A DNA stretch of 64,000 nt, from contig NC_047070.1 in assembly GCF_902459465.1 (NCBI RefSeq), forward strand, positions 5,270,001 through 5,334,000. The letters run 5' to 3'. The DNA is from Asterias rubens (taxonomy: Eukaryota). The translations under genes were made by a program, and so were the position numbers. A model generated the notes under the pieces. The model worked only from the letters and a program-made list of their open reading frames with translations. It had not been told where the DNA came from and searched no databases. Shown one piece after another: positions 35,901 through 58,199 of the stretch (within the stretch, counting starts at the first letter, position 1; each line of letters begins with the position of its first letter).

Positions 35901-38900
35901 TGAAATCTGGACTCAGAAAAAAACCTTCAATGCACCATGTGTGCTTACGGATGCCTGAAAAGGCGTCAGGCCTGAAGTCTTTTATTACTTGAGTGAGAAA
36001 TAAACCTCTTTCTCAAAAACTATTTTACTTTAGAGCGAGCTATTTCTCACAATGTTTATACTATCAACAGCTCTCCGTTGCTCATTACCAAGTACGTTTT
36101 TATGCTAGCAACTATTTTGAGTAAATACCAAAAGTGTCCAGTATCTTTTAACCTCTGGCAAACACAAATAAAGGAAAAATTGCTGTCTCTCCGCCGATGC
36201 AGAACACTTTTACTACTCACCGGCCTCTGCAGCGTGCGGTTGAACACCAGCAGTTTGTCGTGAATCTTATGCGGTTCTGGATGTTTTAAGATTGCACCCG
36301 CCTCGGCGACATTCGTCATGCCAATGAAGCCATATCCTCTTGACTTGCACTCCCCACCCTCTGTCTCTGGAGGGTCTCGGACGACGACGCACTCCTTCAC
36401 TGTCCCAAATGTGGTGAAGTATTCCAACACGTCGGCCTCAGTGGTCTTTTCCCTGTCCAGCCCTCCGAACCATAACTTACGAAGCCTTTCATGATTCTGT
36501 GGAAGAAAACAACAAACATTGATCAATTTATATAAAACATTTCTGAATTAGATTTCTCGTAAAACTTCCTAGGTTGTATCCCAAATCGGGTGTGATCCCT
36601 GGCCATTAGGCAGGTAAAGTTTCGTGGCCTCTGCCTGGAGTCCCGCGAAAATAGGGAGACCAGCAACATCAGGCCTAGACCAGCAACATCAGGGAAAATG
36701 CCATCGTGTGCAGCCTGTATGTGACTGGTACCTGGTACATTTTTCTGAGCAAATGAGTCATTTTCAGACGCGAGTTCGTCCTTGGCTCAAATCAAGGATT
36801 TGCTCTTCTTACAACCTGTGAGTACTAACAGAAAAACAAGACATTTAGTCAGTTCTCATTGGTTGGCCGTAACTGTTATAAGGGCTCAAATTCATGTCTC
36901 TGCTTCTCACTGCGGTAAGCTGCACTTTCATTTGTTTAAATTTCAAATGAAAACATAGATTATTATAAACACTGAGCTAACCAGTTGAGCCATTTGGAGT
37001 GCAGTTTGACTGCTGATCAGGTGTTTTAACTAGCATCTATCCAGCAGGCCACTGTTAAAGGCAGTGGACACTATTGGTAATTGTCAAAGTCCAGTCTTCT
37101 CACTTGGTGTATCTCAACATGTACATAAAATAACAAACCTGTGAAAATTTTAGCTCTATTGGTCGTTGGAGTTGCGAGATAACTATGAAAGAAAAAAACA
37201 CCCTTGTCACACGAAGTTGTGTACTTTCAGATGCTTGATTTCGAGACCTCAAATTCTAAACTTGAGGTCTCGAAATCAAATTCGTAGAAAATTACTTCTT
37301 TCTCGAAAACTACATCACTTCAGCGGGAGCCGTTTCTCACAAGGTTTTATACTATCAACCTCTCCCTATTACTAGTTACCAATTAAGGTTTTATGCTAAT
37401 AATTATTTTGAGTAATTACCAATAGTGTCCACTGCCTTTAAAGCGAGAGCGGTTTAAACGCCCAAAACTCTCAGACACATCAACGCGTTGCCAGATAAAC
37501 GATCAAGGCAATGTGGAGTTGATACATGTAGGTACAGCCTTTGCAGAGAGGAGATGTGTGTTTCGCTATCCCAGGTAAATTGTTCATTGTGTCCGTGTTG
37601 ACAACAAAATTTACAAGCTTTGGACTGCCATTCGTGTACATTCAATGCACAGCTACAAAATGGCGTCAGCTGTCTCATAAAAGGTGGCGGTACGTGTAGA
37701 CGTTCACTTGAGTCATCTGCACTAGACAATGCAGATGTAGCTTGGGAATCAGCCCCACACAGCATGTCACTTAACACAGTGATAACTTTATTAACTTAGT
37801 ATTATACACTTTTGCAAGCCGAGTAGGCTTCACTCAAAAGTGCCTTCCTATACTATCATCTATGTTCATCAGGCTCTTGGCATTCCTGAAACCAATTCAA
37901 CTCCTTACGAGTATGCAGCACCGGCAGCCAAATGGGTGCACAGGCTGATAGTCACCGGCATCAACAATCTTTTGCTTGTACCCATTGTACTCCTGGGTGA
38001 TGAGGAAACAATTATGGCCAAGTGTCTTGTTCAAGGACACGAGCGCCATAACTGGGAATCATACCCACTCTCTGGTGACTCGGGCACCAGAACTTGAGTT
38101 CCATGCATTACACCGCTACGCCAGCAACAGGCCACTGAGATTAAAATGACTTTAGAGCAGCAAGTCAAAGTTTACGCCAAAAAGAAGGCACATTGGTAAA
38201 CAGGTCAGCAATGACCCAACTCTCCACATGAGGGGTGGAATGTCTTTACAGAGAGTCCGTCACAGCTGGATTATGACCAGGGTTCTTAGAAACAACCATG
38301 GCCGGGAGTGTCGCACCTTGATCAAAAGGAACAATTGATTCTGTGTAACTAGAATTCCGCTTACTTCTCACACTAAGGCTGTACACCAATCTGAGCTGCA
38401 GCAAGTCATAGCTTATGCCAAAAGGAAGGCACATCGGTAAACAGGTCAGCAATGACCGAAACCTCCACATGAGAGATTGGGGTGTCTTTTTATAGCAGGA
38501 TTATGACCAGGGTTCTTAGACACAACCATGGTCGGCAAGAGTCGCACCGTGATCAAAAAGGAACACTTGATTCTGTGCAACTAGAATTCTTGTTACTGCA
38601 GCAAGTCATAGCTTATGCCAAAAGGAAGGCACATCGGTAAACAGGTCAGCAATGACCGAAACCTCCACATGAGAGATTGGGGTGTCTTTTTATAGCAGGA
38701 TTATGACCAGGGTTCTTAGACACAACCATGGTCGGCAAGAGTCGCACCGTGATCAAAAAGGAACACTTGATTCTGTGCAACTAGAATTCTTGTTACTTCA
38801 GCAAGTCGAAGTTTACACCAAAAGGAAGGCACATCGGTTAACAGGTCAGCAAAGACCGAAACCTCCACATGAGAGATTGGAGTGTCTTTTTATAGCAGGA

Positions 38901-40221
38901 TTATGACCAGGGTTCTTAGACACAACCATGGTCGGCAAGAGTCGCACCGTGATCAAAAAGGAACACTTGATTCTGTGCAACTAGAATTCTTGTTACTTCA
39001 GCAAGTCGAAGTTTACACCAAAAGGAAGGCACATCGGTTAACAGGTCAGCAAAGACTGAAACCTCCACACGTTCTTAGATACAACCATGGTTGGCAAGAG
39101 TCGCACCATGATCAAAAGGAACACTTGATTCTGTGCAACTAGAATTCTGGTTACTTCTCACAGAAAGCATGCCTAGATTTTCATCTTTGAACATATCGAA
39201 AGGGCAAGGCTGCTTTCATGTTGTAAAGGGCACTTCAATTGGAAAATCTTAAAGTCAATGGGAATCTTTTGAAGGGCACAAATGCCTAGACTAGGGGCTT
39301 CCGTGGACTGCGTGTAATTCCAGGCCTAAGAAAGGCTCAACACCAATGTGAGTTGCAGCAAGTCAGAGATTACGCCAAAAGGAAGGCACATCTGTAAACA
39401 GGTCAGCTATGACGGAACTCTCCACATGAAAGGAGAGGTGATGAGGCCACGGCTTCTCAAACCTCAGTCGGACAGAAATGAAGCACTGGCTGAATAAATA
39501 TTCAGGTTCGTCCTCTCCAAGTCAAATCAAAAACAAAATGCGGACAAAAAGGTCCATTAAAATACTCTCCCTCCTCGTTCAAGATTTTGTAAAGATATAA
39601 ATGAATCAGAACTAAGCTATTACCGCCTGTGAGAAATTTCGCCGGAGTGGACACCTTAATTCAAAAGTCGATCCTCTGACACTTCATCCAGAGAAAGAGT
39701 GATCTTAAATCTTGGAACCTCTCCTTCATATCCTGGGTGTGTCTCAAAGTCTGTATAAAGTTCATCCAAAGAGTTAGTGAAGAGATAAATAAAATAAAAA
39801 TAAGAGACACAGACAAACAGGTAATTTGGAGTTGTACAGGAGTGAAAAAAGACAAAGAATACAGGAAGAGAACTTTAGGGCCCTTTTCGAACCCATGACT
39901 TTGGCTTCGCATTCGGTTCAGGCTAGCTAGGCCCCTCAGTTGTTTTGACTATACACATGCTATGCAGTCAGGGATTCAGACCAGAGAACGGAGCCTGAAG
40001 CCGAACCCAAAGCCAAAGCCAAAGCCGTGGATTTCGAAAAGGGCCTAGGAGACCAAAATTAGTTTGCCAAATTCATGTTACCTTTCTCTAAAGCTCTTGG
40101 TAACATTTTTCCAGTGAGTTGACAAACCGTTTAAAACCATTCAACTACATGTACGGGTTTTGTATGGTGGCACAGCTGTGCACAGAACAGTGTGCAATGA
40201 ACCAGTATGCATTCAATGACG

Positions 40222-40262
<41 letters not shown>

Positions 40263-43200
40263 CATTTGTATAGTGCTTTCCATAGGCAATTCAAAGCGCT
40301 TTAACGTTGTCTAAAAAGATGTGTTCTTCACTGAGTCTTGAATGAGCTGATCGAGGACGAGTCTAGGATGCCATTGTAGGCTGACATGGTTCATCCTTGA
40401 GAGCTTAAAACCCTTTTACTATCACCACAGTGGTTTATATCGAATGGTCAGACAGTAGGAGGGTTAACTGTGTACCGATAGACTCATTCACCACATGGTA
40501 CCACATTGATCTCCATAACCCCTCAAACTTTTGTCTACCATTCAACAACACAGTGGTTTATATTGAATGGTCAGACAGTAGGAGGGCTAACTGTGTACTG
40601 ATAGATGCACTCACCGCATGATTCCACATTGCAGGCTGATATCTCCATAAACCTTCTAAAATGTGTCTACCATTCAACATTTGGATATTGAATGGTTTGA
40701 CAGTAGGTGGGTTAACTGTGTACCAAGGGATGCATTAACCACATGATACCACACTGCAGGCTGGCATCCATGCACCCTCTAAGAATTGTCTGACATCTCC
40801 ATAAACCTTCTAAAATTGGTCTACCATTCAACGCCACACAGTGAATGATATTGAATGGCCAGACAGTAGGAGGGTTAACTGTGTACTGGTAGATCCATTC
40901 ACTACATGATACTGCAGGCTGGCATAGTATTTATAATACAAAACCACTGACATCACGGTTCAATGGTCACACAGTAGGAGGGTGCACTGTGTACTTATGC
41001 ATTCAGCAAATGACGATCGAGAACGTCAGTGAGGACGCCGCTAAAACAAAATATTCAAACAATTGTAGAACAATGAGAAGTTCGCCATTTACCAGGTCAG
41101 CATCGTGTGTGGATAGGTAGGCATTCACCATGTACCAAATTGAAGGCTGGCATGGTCAATCTATCCTTAACGGTGTGTCATGGCTGAGCGATTAAGAGCA
41201 CCGGACTCAAGCTCTGGTGTTTCTGTTCAGCAGAGTGCAGATTCAAGTCCCGGTCGCATCCTTCAGCAAGACACTTAAAACCATTATTGCTGCGTCCTTC
41301 GGATTGGACATAAAGCCGTTGGTCCTGTGTGTTGTGTAATAAAGCATGCAAAAGAACCCAGTGCACTTATTGTAAAGAGAATGGGTTTCGCTCCGGTGTT
41401 CCTGGTTTGATTGGCTGCATATTGCGTCACAGCACCTTGTAATAAATTACATGGTGCTATGGTCTCAATACATAACTCCACAATACCTTGCAGGAATATA
41501 CTGGATGTGGACGCAACATAACTGAGTGACGGATATGAGCACTACAAATGTATACTAGAATTACTTCAAGTATTCTGACGGTTGAGCCAAAAACAAATGA
41601 GGAAACCCAAGCAGTAAGTGGTTATTGGGTTGAAAATTTGAGAATTCAAAAACAAAAAAATGAAAATCAACAAAAATTTACTTTTCCTTCTGCCACAGCT
41701 CTCTTAACCTCGACGCTCTTCTCGTCGATAGTTTGGTGGCCGTCGACGCTCCCGGCCAGGGCAGCTTTCATTTCTTCCTCCGTTGCCATGGTAATGAAGC
41801 CGGAGCCGCGCGACACCGTCACGCCGTCCACCTGCTCCATGCTGATGGTGCACTGCACGATGTTGCCGTACTGGCTGAAGTGGCCGATTAGAGTTTCCTT
41901 CGTGGTCTTTTCTTTGTCTAGGTTGTTGAGGCTGATCCTAAATTTTCTCTCTGGGGACTGGTGATAAAAATGTTTAGTAAAATTAAAGGAAAACCAGTGG
42001 CAATTAAACAAGCAAAATGTAACTAATATTAAGTTTTGTACCTACATATACCCATAAACATTTTCTCAAGCTCTTTTAAAAAAGAATTCAGGCATATCAC
42101 TCCGGTGTGATCCCAAGTTGTAACTACTTAAAGGGAAGGTACACGTTTGGTAATTACTCAAAACAAATATTAACTTAGAAACTGACTTGGTAACGAGCAT
42201 TGGAGAGCTGTTGATAGTATTAACAGTGTTGGAAACGACTTATTTTATGCTATAAATGATTGGATACACCAAGTGACAACACTGGTCTTTGACGATTACC
42301 AAACATGTGCAGTGCTTTTAAATGTAATGTTGTATTATTATTTGAATTTTGCCTTTACTTTTACAAGAACTTGCCTTGTATTAACAGGTATCATACAGGA
42401 TTGGTATTATTTAAAAAAACATAATTGTTTGGTACAGGCTAGAATTTCATCTCAGAGAACTCAGACAACAGAGGCCTTGGCCTTTGTGCCCTTTTAAAGT
42501 CTCCCATAAACCTTACGGCTTAAGATTTTCCATCAGAAATGCCCTTTTCAAGTTGAAGATGGCCTTGCCCTTTCACAGATGAAATTTTTCGGCCACACCA
42601 CAGAGGGCTTGGCATTTGTTGCCCTGGCCTTTGTGCCCCTTAAAAACACCAATAAAACCCTGGGTTTGTGCTCTTACATCTCGTGGTTTGGAGACCATCA
42701 CTGCCACAACCTTGTCATTTATTACATGGGTTTCAACTAGCACAGCATCCGTCTCGGCCTGCGTAGACATCGTGACAAATCCATAGCCCCTGGATCTGCC
42801 CTTGCCGTCCCCACCATATCTCTGCTTTGTTCTGGCAACTTGGCACTCTGCCAGCTTGCCGTACTTCTCAAAATGCTGCTGTAGGTCGGTGTCTCTCGTC
42901 TTGTAGTGAAGACCTCCAATGAAAAGACGTGGGCCGGTCTCAATCTTAGTTTCTTCCTTGTTGTCTCCCTGCAAGGAATACATAAGTTTATTAAAGCTAC
43001 ATTTCGTGAACTCCGTAGCGCGTACGCGTAAAAAGCACCCAAGCTTAATTCACATAAAATAGCTGTTGATTTGTATTCGCACTCCACACACTCCGCCCAC
43101 AGCTCAGCCAGCCGATGATGTCATGCTGATTGGCATATTCCAAGATGGCTACGCCATGTACAAATCGAGGAAATTAGAGTGTTCGGAGAAAGGTAGCAAA

Positions 43201-43905
43201 GTTATTGTGAAAAATTTCTTTTGAAAATTTTATTTGTTTGACTATTCAAAACTTCAAAACACACAAAAAGCAAGCTAAGGGTAAGACTAAGAGCTAGGTG
43301 AACACATTCTGCCAGTTTAAACTGCCAAGTGGCTCGTAGGGGAGGCGCCAGAATTTGACATTTGGTTATTTCTTATAAGTTATAGCTGCATAAGGAAATG
43401 GTATAGACATGTGGCTAAGGATTCATCCAGCCTTGGCCACACAAGTGGGGCTAGGAGGTAGGATGCAGTTAATGAATTTTTGAATTAATAATAATATATG
43501 TAAAAAATTCTTACAAATATTTAAAATAATTGTCCACAGCTAGTCACCGGTCCAGGCTATTGAGCAAGCTAGCACGCAGTCCAGTAAATGAGTGAATCGA
43601 TTATCGATTATAGATTACATTCATCATGCCTTTCAGTTCACTGTGACTGATTCACATTTATAAATTATTCACATTTATAAATTAATCATACACACGTTTT
43701 CTTCTTGCTCTGCTTGCATTTGGTCCCCTTGGCCTTCCTCCGTCTCGCCGGTGTACTCCATTCCGCCGTCGGCGTCATCTTGACGGTTTTCAGATTCTTG
43801 ATTTTCTCCTTCCACTCCCGACTCATCCTCCTCAAGTAATCGGGCCACGGTTTCGTCATCGAGATCTACTTCTGTGATCATGCTCTCTGATGCCTCGTCT
43901 GACAT
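26904..43905 (-). CDS. Multi-RRM hnRNP-like RNA-binding protein, paralog B (11 coding exons, 678 aa, 4 RRMs, G/Q/N-rich tail, C-terminal PY-NLS)
   Basis: Exons (minus) 43905-43696, 42968-42678, 41957-41682, 36496-36221, 34661-34469, 33546-33421, 31590-31477, 30895-30818, 29941-29828, 28737-28606, 27130-26904; GT-AG and phase-consistent, total 2037 nt. RNP pairs LFIGGL/RGYGFVTM, ISLNNL/RGSGFITM, LWFGGL/RGYGFIGM, VTVSGL/EGTAIVAL; ends KRRGKGRPY*. Confidence 0.88.
27763..28295 (-). repeat. Tandem array of six ~89-bp tRNA-like SINE-head units in the last intron of gene B
   Basis: Unit starts at 27763, 27852, 27940, 28029, 28118, 28207. The minus-strand unit TTGCTGAGCGGTCAAGCTCACCGCACTAAAGCTATGGTGTTTCTGATCAGCAGAGTGTGGGGTCTAGTCCC aligns to the SINE head at 41177 and 53930-54000. 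Confidence 0.85.
28296..28445 (+). mobile_element. tRNA-derived SINE fragment with V-domain-like sequence
   Basis: A-box-like TGGTGTAGTTG, B-box-like GATTCGAATCCC, then CTGCATGGG...TTTCCTCCCACATCTAAAA, resembling the V-SINE central domain (from memory). Confidence 0.5.
29332..29621. mobile_element. CAGG-ended (hAT-like) MITE with 6-bp TSD ATCCCA, nested in a Kolobok-like MITE
   Basis: ATCCCA|CAGGGATGCCAG ... CTGGCATCCCTG|ATCCCA; the flanks rejoin to the Kolobok consensus GGTATATCCCAACATATGCATAAAATAAC; GCCGGAAA subterminal repeats. Confidence 0.8.
32250..33399. mobile_element. 1.15-kb CAGG-ended (hAT-like) element with 6-bp TSD TTGTAT, carrying a nested L2 fragment
   Basis: TTGTAT|CAGGCCTGTGA ... 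TCACAGGCCTG|TTGTAT; clustered GCGGAA subterminal motifs at 33285-33385 and 32278. Confidence 0.75.
32320..32760 (-). mobile_element. L2/CR1-clade LINE 3' fragment (end of ORF2, 3' UTR, (ATT)n tail)
   Basis: ORF 32472-32744 LIVHKALNGKAPHYISELL..Y.PS.SLRS..GDRSFSSAAPRIWNSLP..FKSLLKTYL is the typical L2 ORF2 C-terminus. Similar ends at about 52965-53300 (-) and 55270-55460 (+). Confidence 0.85.
34715..34895. repeat. Long imperfect palindrome in intron 4 of gene B
   Basis: GGTTTTCAACTAGT..TTAAAACTCGTCGAGGCCTGGTTCTT.ATAATTT / AAATTATCAAGAACCAGGCCTCGGCGGGTTTAAACCACTAGTTGAAAACC around a loop TATTGAGACAAAAGCGAGGT. Confidence 0.85.
38155..39430. repeat. Tandem repeat of ~200-bp units (about 6 copies) in intron 3 of gene B
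   Basis: GCAGCAAGTC...CCAAAAGGAAGGCACATCGGT.AACAGGTCAGCAA recurs at about 38157, 38397, 38598, 38798, 38998, 39356; the central copies are nearly identical. Confidence 0.9.
40420..41000. repeat. Diverged ~120-140-bp tandem repeat (GAATGGTCAGACAGTAGGAGGGTTAACTGTGTAC core, about 5 units)
   Basis: Core recurs at about 40441, 40565, 40688, 40852, 40961; an inverted related array lies at about 63290-63600. Confidence 0.75.
41170..41545 (+). mobile_element. tRNA-derived SINE with CORE-like central motif
   Basis: A box TGGCTGAGCGATT, B-box-like GATTCAAGTCCC, then CAGCAAGACACTTAA and CGTCCTTCGGAT.GGAC.TAAAGCCG. Copies at about 20030-20340 (-), 37990-38120 (-), 46480-46885 (+), 49850-49990 (-), 53575-54000 (-), 62560-62740 (-). 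Confidence 0.8.
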
Positions 43906-44548
43906 TTTAAGGATTGGTTTTCTACTTTTTTATTGAAAAGAAAGGGTCTGAAGCAATTTGTCTTTGTGTGTAAATTCAGAGCGAGGGATAGGGGAGTGCG
44001 CGTGTGTGAAGTTAAATGACACAATCGAACCGGCATCCGCTGTATAACCCATGCAGTAAAAGGAGAAAGTGCGTTTTTCACAGAATGCGGAAGTAAAGTT
44101 CTACTTCTGTCTGTGACAATTTTTTCTCGGTAGTAACAAAGCTGCTTCTTCAAGAAAACAAACATGTTTTTCCAAATATTTTCAAATGCTTCCGATGAAT
44201 ACCATACTTTTTGAAGGCACCGCGAACTACTGGTACCGGCTGCAATATGCAAATGATCCTGTAAGCAGATGGATTCTAGTTTCCAATGAAAATCTAAGGA
44301 CCGACTGAGGGCGCTATATAGCGTTTGCGCCTCGAGCTTCCCAAGTTAAAAAAATAGAGGCGTGGCATAATGTGGAACAATTGAGGGGGGGGGGGTACAT
44401 TTTCCATGTTGATAAGTGTTTTCCTCGATGGTTTATGTTTATAAGATGATGAAAAATGTTTCCCCTAAAAAAGAGATCAACAAATAATGTATAAATAAAA
44501 TAGACAAATTAAAAATTGGGGAGGAAAGAAAAAAAATAAGTAAACAAA

Positions 44549-44898
44549 TTAAAGATGCTATGTCAGATTTTGGGCCAATTTGACCCACAAATTTTGATTT
44601 AAAATTCAATAGGTATTTTGATGGGGGCCGAGAAAGTAACAAGCTTTCATTTGAGCCATTACTCGAAAAAAGTCCGCCAATTATTAGTAGCAGTGAAATA
44701 AAGTGCTCAAAATTAGTTTTTGTCGGGATCCCGACAATATATCACGTGACCAATTCTTATGTGTTTTAAAAGAAACGTTTTAAATTTTGGTCATGGTCCT
44801 GACCGTTAAAAGTGATACTCATTGAAATACCATTCACTCAAACAAGTCTATTTTTTAATGTTTGGGGCCAAAAATCTGACATAGCATTAGCATCTTTA
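44549..44898. mobile_element. TTAAAG-type MITE (TAAAGATGCTATGTCAGATTTTG termini) upstream of gene B
   Basis: Inverted match CAAAAATCTGACATAGCATT..CATCTTTAA at 44868-44898; another TTAA-flanked MITE at 48212-48423. Confidence 0.65.
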
Positions 44899-47535
44899 AT
44901 TAATAAATATGTTAATAATTAAATAAATTCAGACAACAAATAATGATCATATACATGTATAAAGATAATGCAAAATTATTTCGTAAATCCAAAATGAGTT
45001 TTATTGGTATACGGTCATAATAATCAAATGTACAGTAAATTTGCCTTTTTACATGATTGGAATTCAAGCTATTGTATGATGAGATACAACAGAAATTCAT
45101 ATTTAATTGATCAGTTAAAAGTTTCTCTTCGAAAAGACTAAACTACAGACTTTTCAAAAAGAAAAACACCAATTCTTTAAAGAATAAATCAGGAACAAGA
45201 ACCTGGTAATTCTGGGCAGACAATTAATTCTCAAGCAACCAAATGTCTACACTTGGTTCAAAAATTATGGTTATCTAAATTGTTAAACTTATTGTGTGAA
45301 AAACAATTTCTTCAAAGTATTCATAAAATTAAAATAATATTTAAACCAGCCAATCTTTTCTTCATTCCAAGTTGAGCCAAATCCAACAGAAAGTGTTGGG
45401 TTTGCGGACAGTGACCAGTGAACACACCAAATCCAACCATACCTTTGTCGTATTGACCCCTTGCACAAAACACCTGTGCAAAATACGTACCATTTCCACT
45501 ATTTTGGGAGTCATGAATTCCTTCCTTTGATGAGTACATTTTTAGTGGTGTACCTTTTTTGATCAAGACTACATGAGTTTTAATACAATTTTACATTTTG
45601 GTCGGATAAAGGAGGAAGAGACCAAACCTATTTAAGAATGAAGCTGAACTTCGAATGAGCTGCAAACATCTGTCAAAATATTCTTCAGATAGTAATACAC
45701 AAGAGAAACTGACTGGGTAAATTGAAGAACAGAAATGGTAAGAGCCGGGATTTGAGAGGCTTGATGTGCTGGAGCTCAATGTTCTGACACCCCTATGGGC
45801 CACTAACCTTAGAGTATTTCTCAGTCTCTACAGAGCTAAATAACCCTAAACCCTAACCATGGCAAATATTACATGCGGGTTTGGGAACATAGGGGTGTCG
45901 CAACATAGACCAGTCCCCTCATCATCTTATTCAAATTATAAAGATATCTTACACATATCAAAGAACAGGAATACTAAAGTATGCCGTACCGATTTATTCC
46001 ATTGATGATTTTGTAGAAGGAATTTTGTTTACTGCACTCCACAAATATCCTCCCCCCTTTATTTGTCTTGAAAATAAAGAACAAGAATTTTGTTTCTACA
46101 GTTTCAAAAAACTATAATTAAAATGGTGTCACACAAGATATTAGTGCATAAACTAAATGCAGTTCCTGCCTTGAAGATGTGGCTCACCAAAACAAAATGT
46201 CTGTACATAATAGCTTGTATTGAAAGTAAGAATAAAATAATTATTCTGTACAAAAAACAAAAACAAAAACTAAAAATAACTGAGGTTCTTTTGATCATAG
46301 AATCATCCCAGGGTTCAGGTTGGAATAACACGGACAGCACATTATTCAGTTTATTTCATGAATTTCAAATATAAACAAAGGGGGAAATAGAAGAAGTGTA
46401 ATCCCCTTACTGGTAAATAACTTGCTGTTGCTAACCAGAGCTATGCCAAACTTCATATTAACTGACAAGGATCATAACGGCTTGTCCTAGTCAAGCAGTC
46501 AAGCGCACTGGACTCAAGCTCTGGTGTTAAAGTTTTTGATGGCATGTCATGGCCGAGCAGTGAAGCACACCGGACTCAATCCCAGGTACATTTCTGATGA
46601 CATGTTGTGGTCAAGCAATAAAGCTCATTTAACTCAAGCTCTTGTGTTTCTGATCAGTAGATTTTAGGTTCGAGTCCCTGTCTTGACACTTGTGTCCTTT
46701 AGAGAGGCACTTTACCATTATTGCTTGGTCCTTCGGTTTGGACGTCAAGACAGAGGTAACGCACGTAAAAAAGAACCAAGTAACTAAAACGGGGGTCTGC
46801 CCCGGCAGTTTCTGGTTTAATGGTTGTAGATTGTGCCACAGCAACTTGTGAAAACTGCACGTAAGGCTATGTAAATGTAAATAAAGGAAGTCTTACAACT
46901 GGAGGTTCACACTCAAATTTTTCACTCTAGCTCCATAAAAATATTGAAACATAATTCTGTTCCCTTTGTGATTTATTGGCAGACAAGACAGTAAAATAAT
47001 GTGTGCAGATTGCTTTGTTGATGAAGTGCCTTGAGTAAAAAAGAATGAACAAAACTTATAAACTGAGTACATGTATGCATTGGGGGCCGGTGTCGCATGC
47101 AATTATGTCCTCTATGCAATAATGTCCGCTGGACGGTTTTGCATATGCAACCGTGTCCGCCCGGACGCTGCTGCATAATGCAATTGTGTCCGCCCCGTGC
47201 AAAACCGTCCTTGCAGTAAATTAAACGCCCTTGGTCGACGGAACACGTTCGCAATTTTTTTTTTAAGCTAATAAGTGCATATCATGAATGACATGGGAAT
47301 GTTCGGCCGTTGGGTATTCCCTGCAATCATAAAATACGTGAATATTTTTGCTGCATATATGTAGGTTTAGTACATGCACGCGCTCGCTTACGCGTGCACA
47401 TACATGTACAGTCATGTACATGTACGCCGGACGGTTTTTACATAGCCCCGGACACGATTGCATATGCAAAAGTGTCCGGAGCGGACAGTATTGCGTGGCG
47501 GACACAATTGTATCTGACACCAGCAGTAGAATTGA

Positions 47536-57966
<10,431 letters not shown>

Positions 57967-58199
57967 CACTGCACAGTTTTATTTCATTCAATTTCAGATA
58001 AAATACTGACTACCTCTTAAAGGTACGTCTGGTCTTTCATCCTTTTGTTTCAATCTAAGATAGAAAGACAGTCTCCGAGGAGTTTTAACGTCTCTCCTTT
58101 GGATGTTTGAAACGGAGGACATTGAAGAATCAAAGTATGACGTCTCTTATCTTTATATTGAATTTTAAGATTCTCCTTTTTTGGCAGTCCAAGAAGTCT

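Noticed and set aside
38682-39142. Repeated MSFYSRIMTRV ORFs
   Set aside because: Derived from the 200-bp repeat, whose unit is not a multiple of 3; no recognisable domain.
41177-41255. tRNA gene (also similar heads at 46530-46680 and 53930-54000)
   Set aside because: Continues into a conserved SINE body and tail; dispersed and diverged copies.
11425-43905. Calling the RRM genes nucleolin, Musashi or HNRNPA1
   Set aside because: RRM number, one-RRM-per-exon layout and terminal PY motif do not fit any of these; no gene symbol assigned.
45321-45803. Two minus-strand ORFs that look protein-like between RAB24 and gene B
   Set aside because: No recognisable motif and no phase-consistent splice path; may be RAB24 3' UTR or intergenic DNA.
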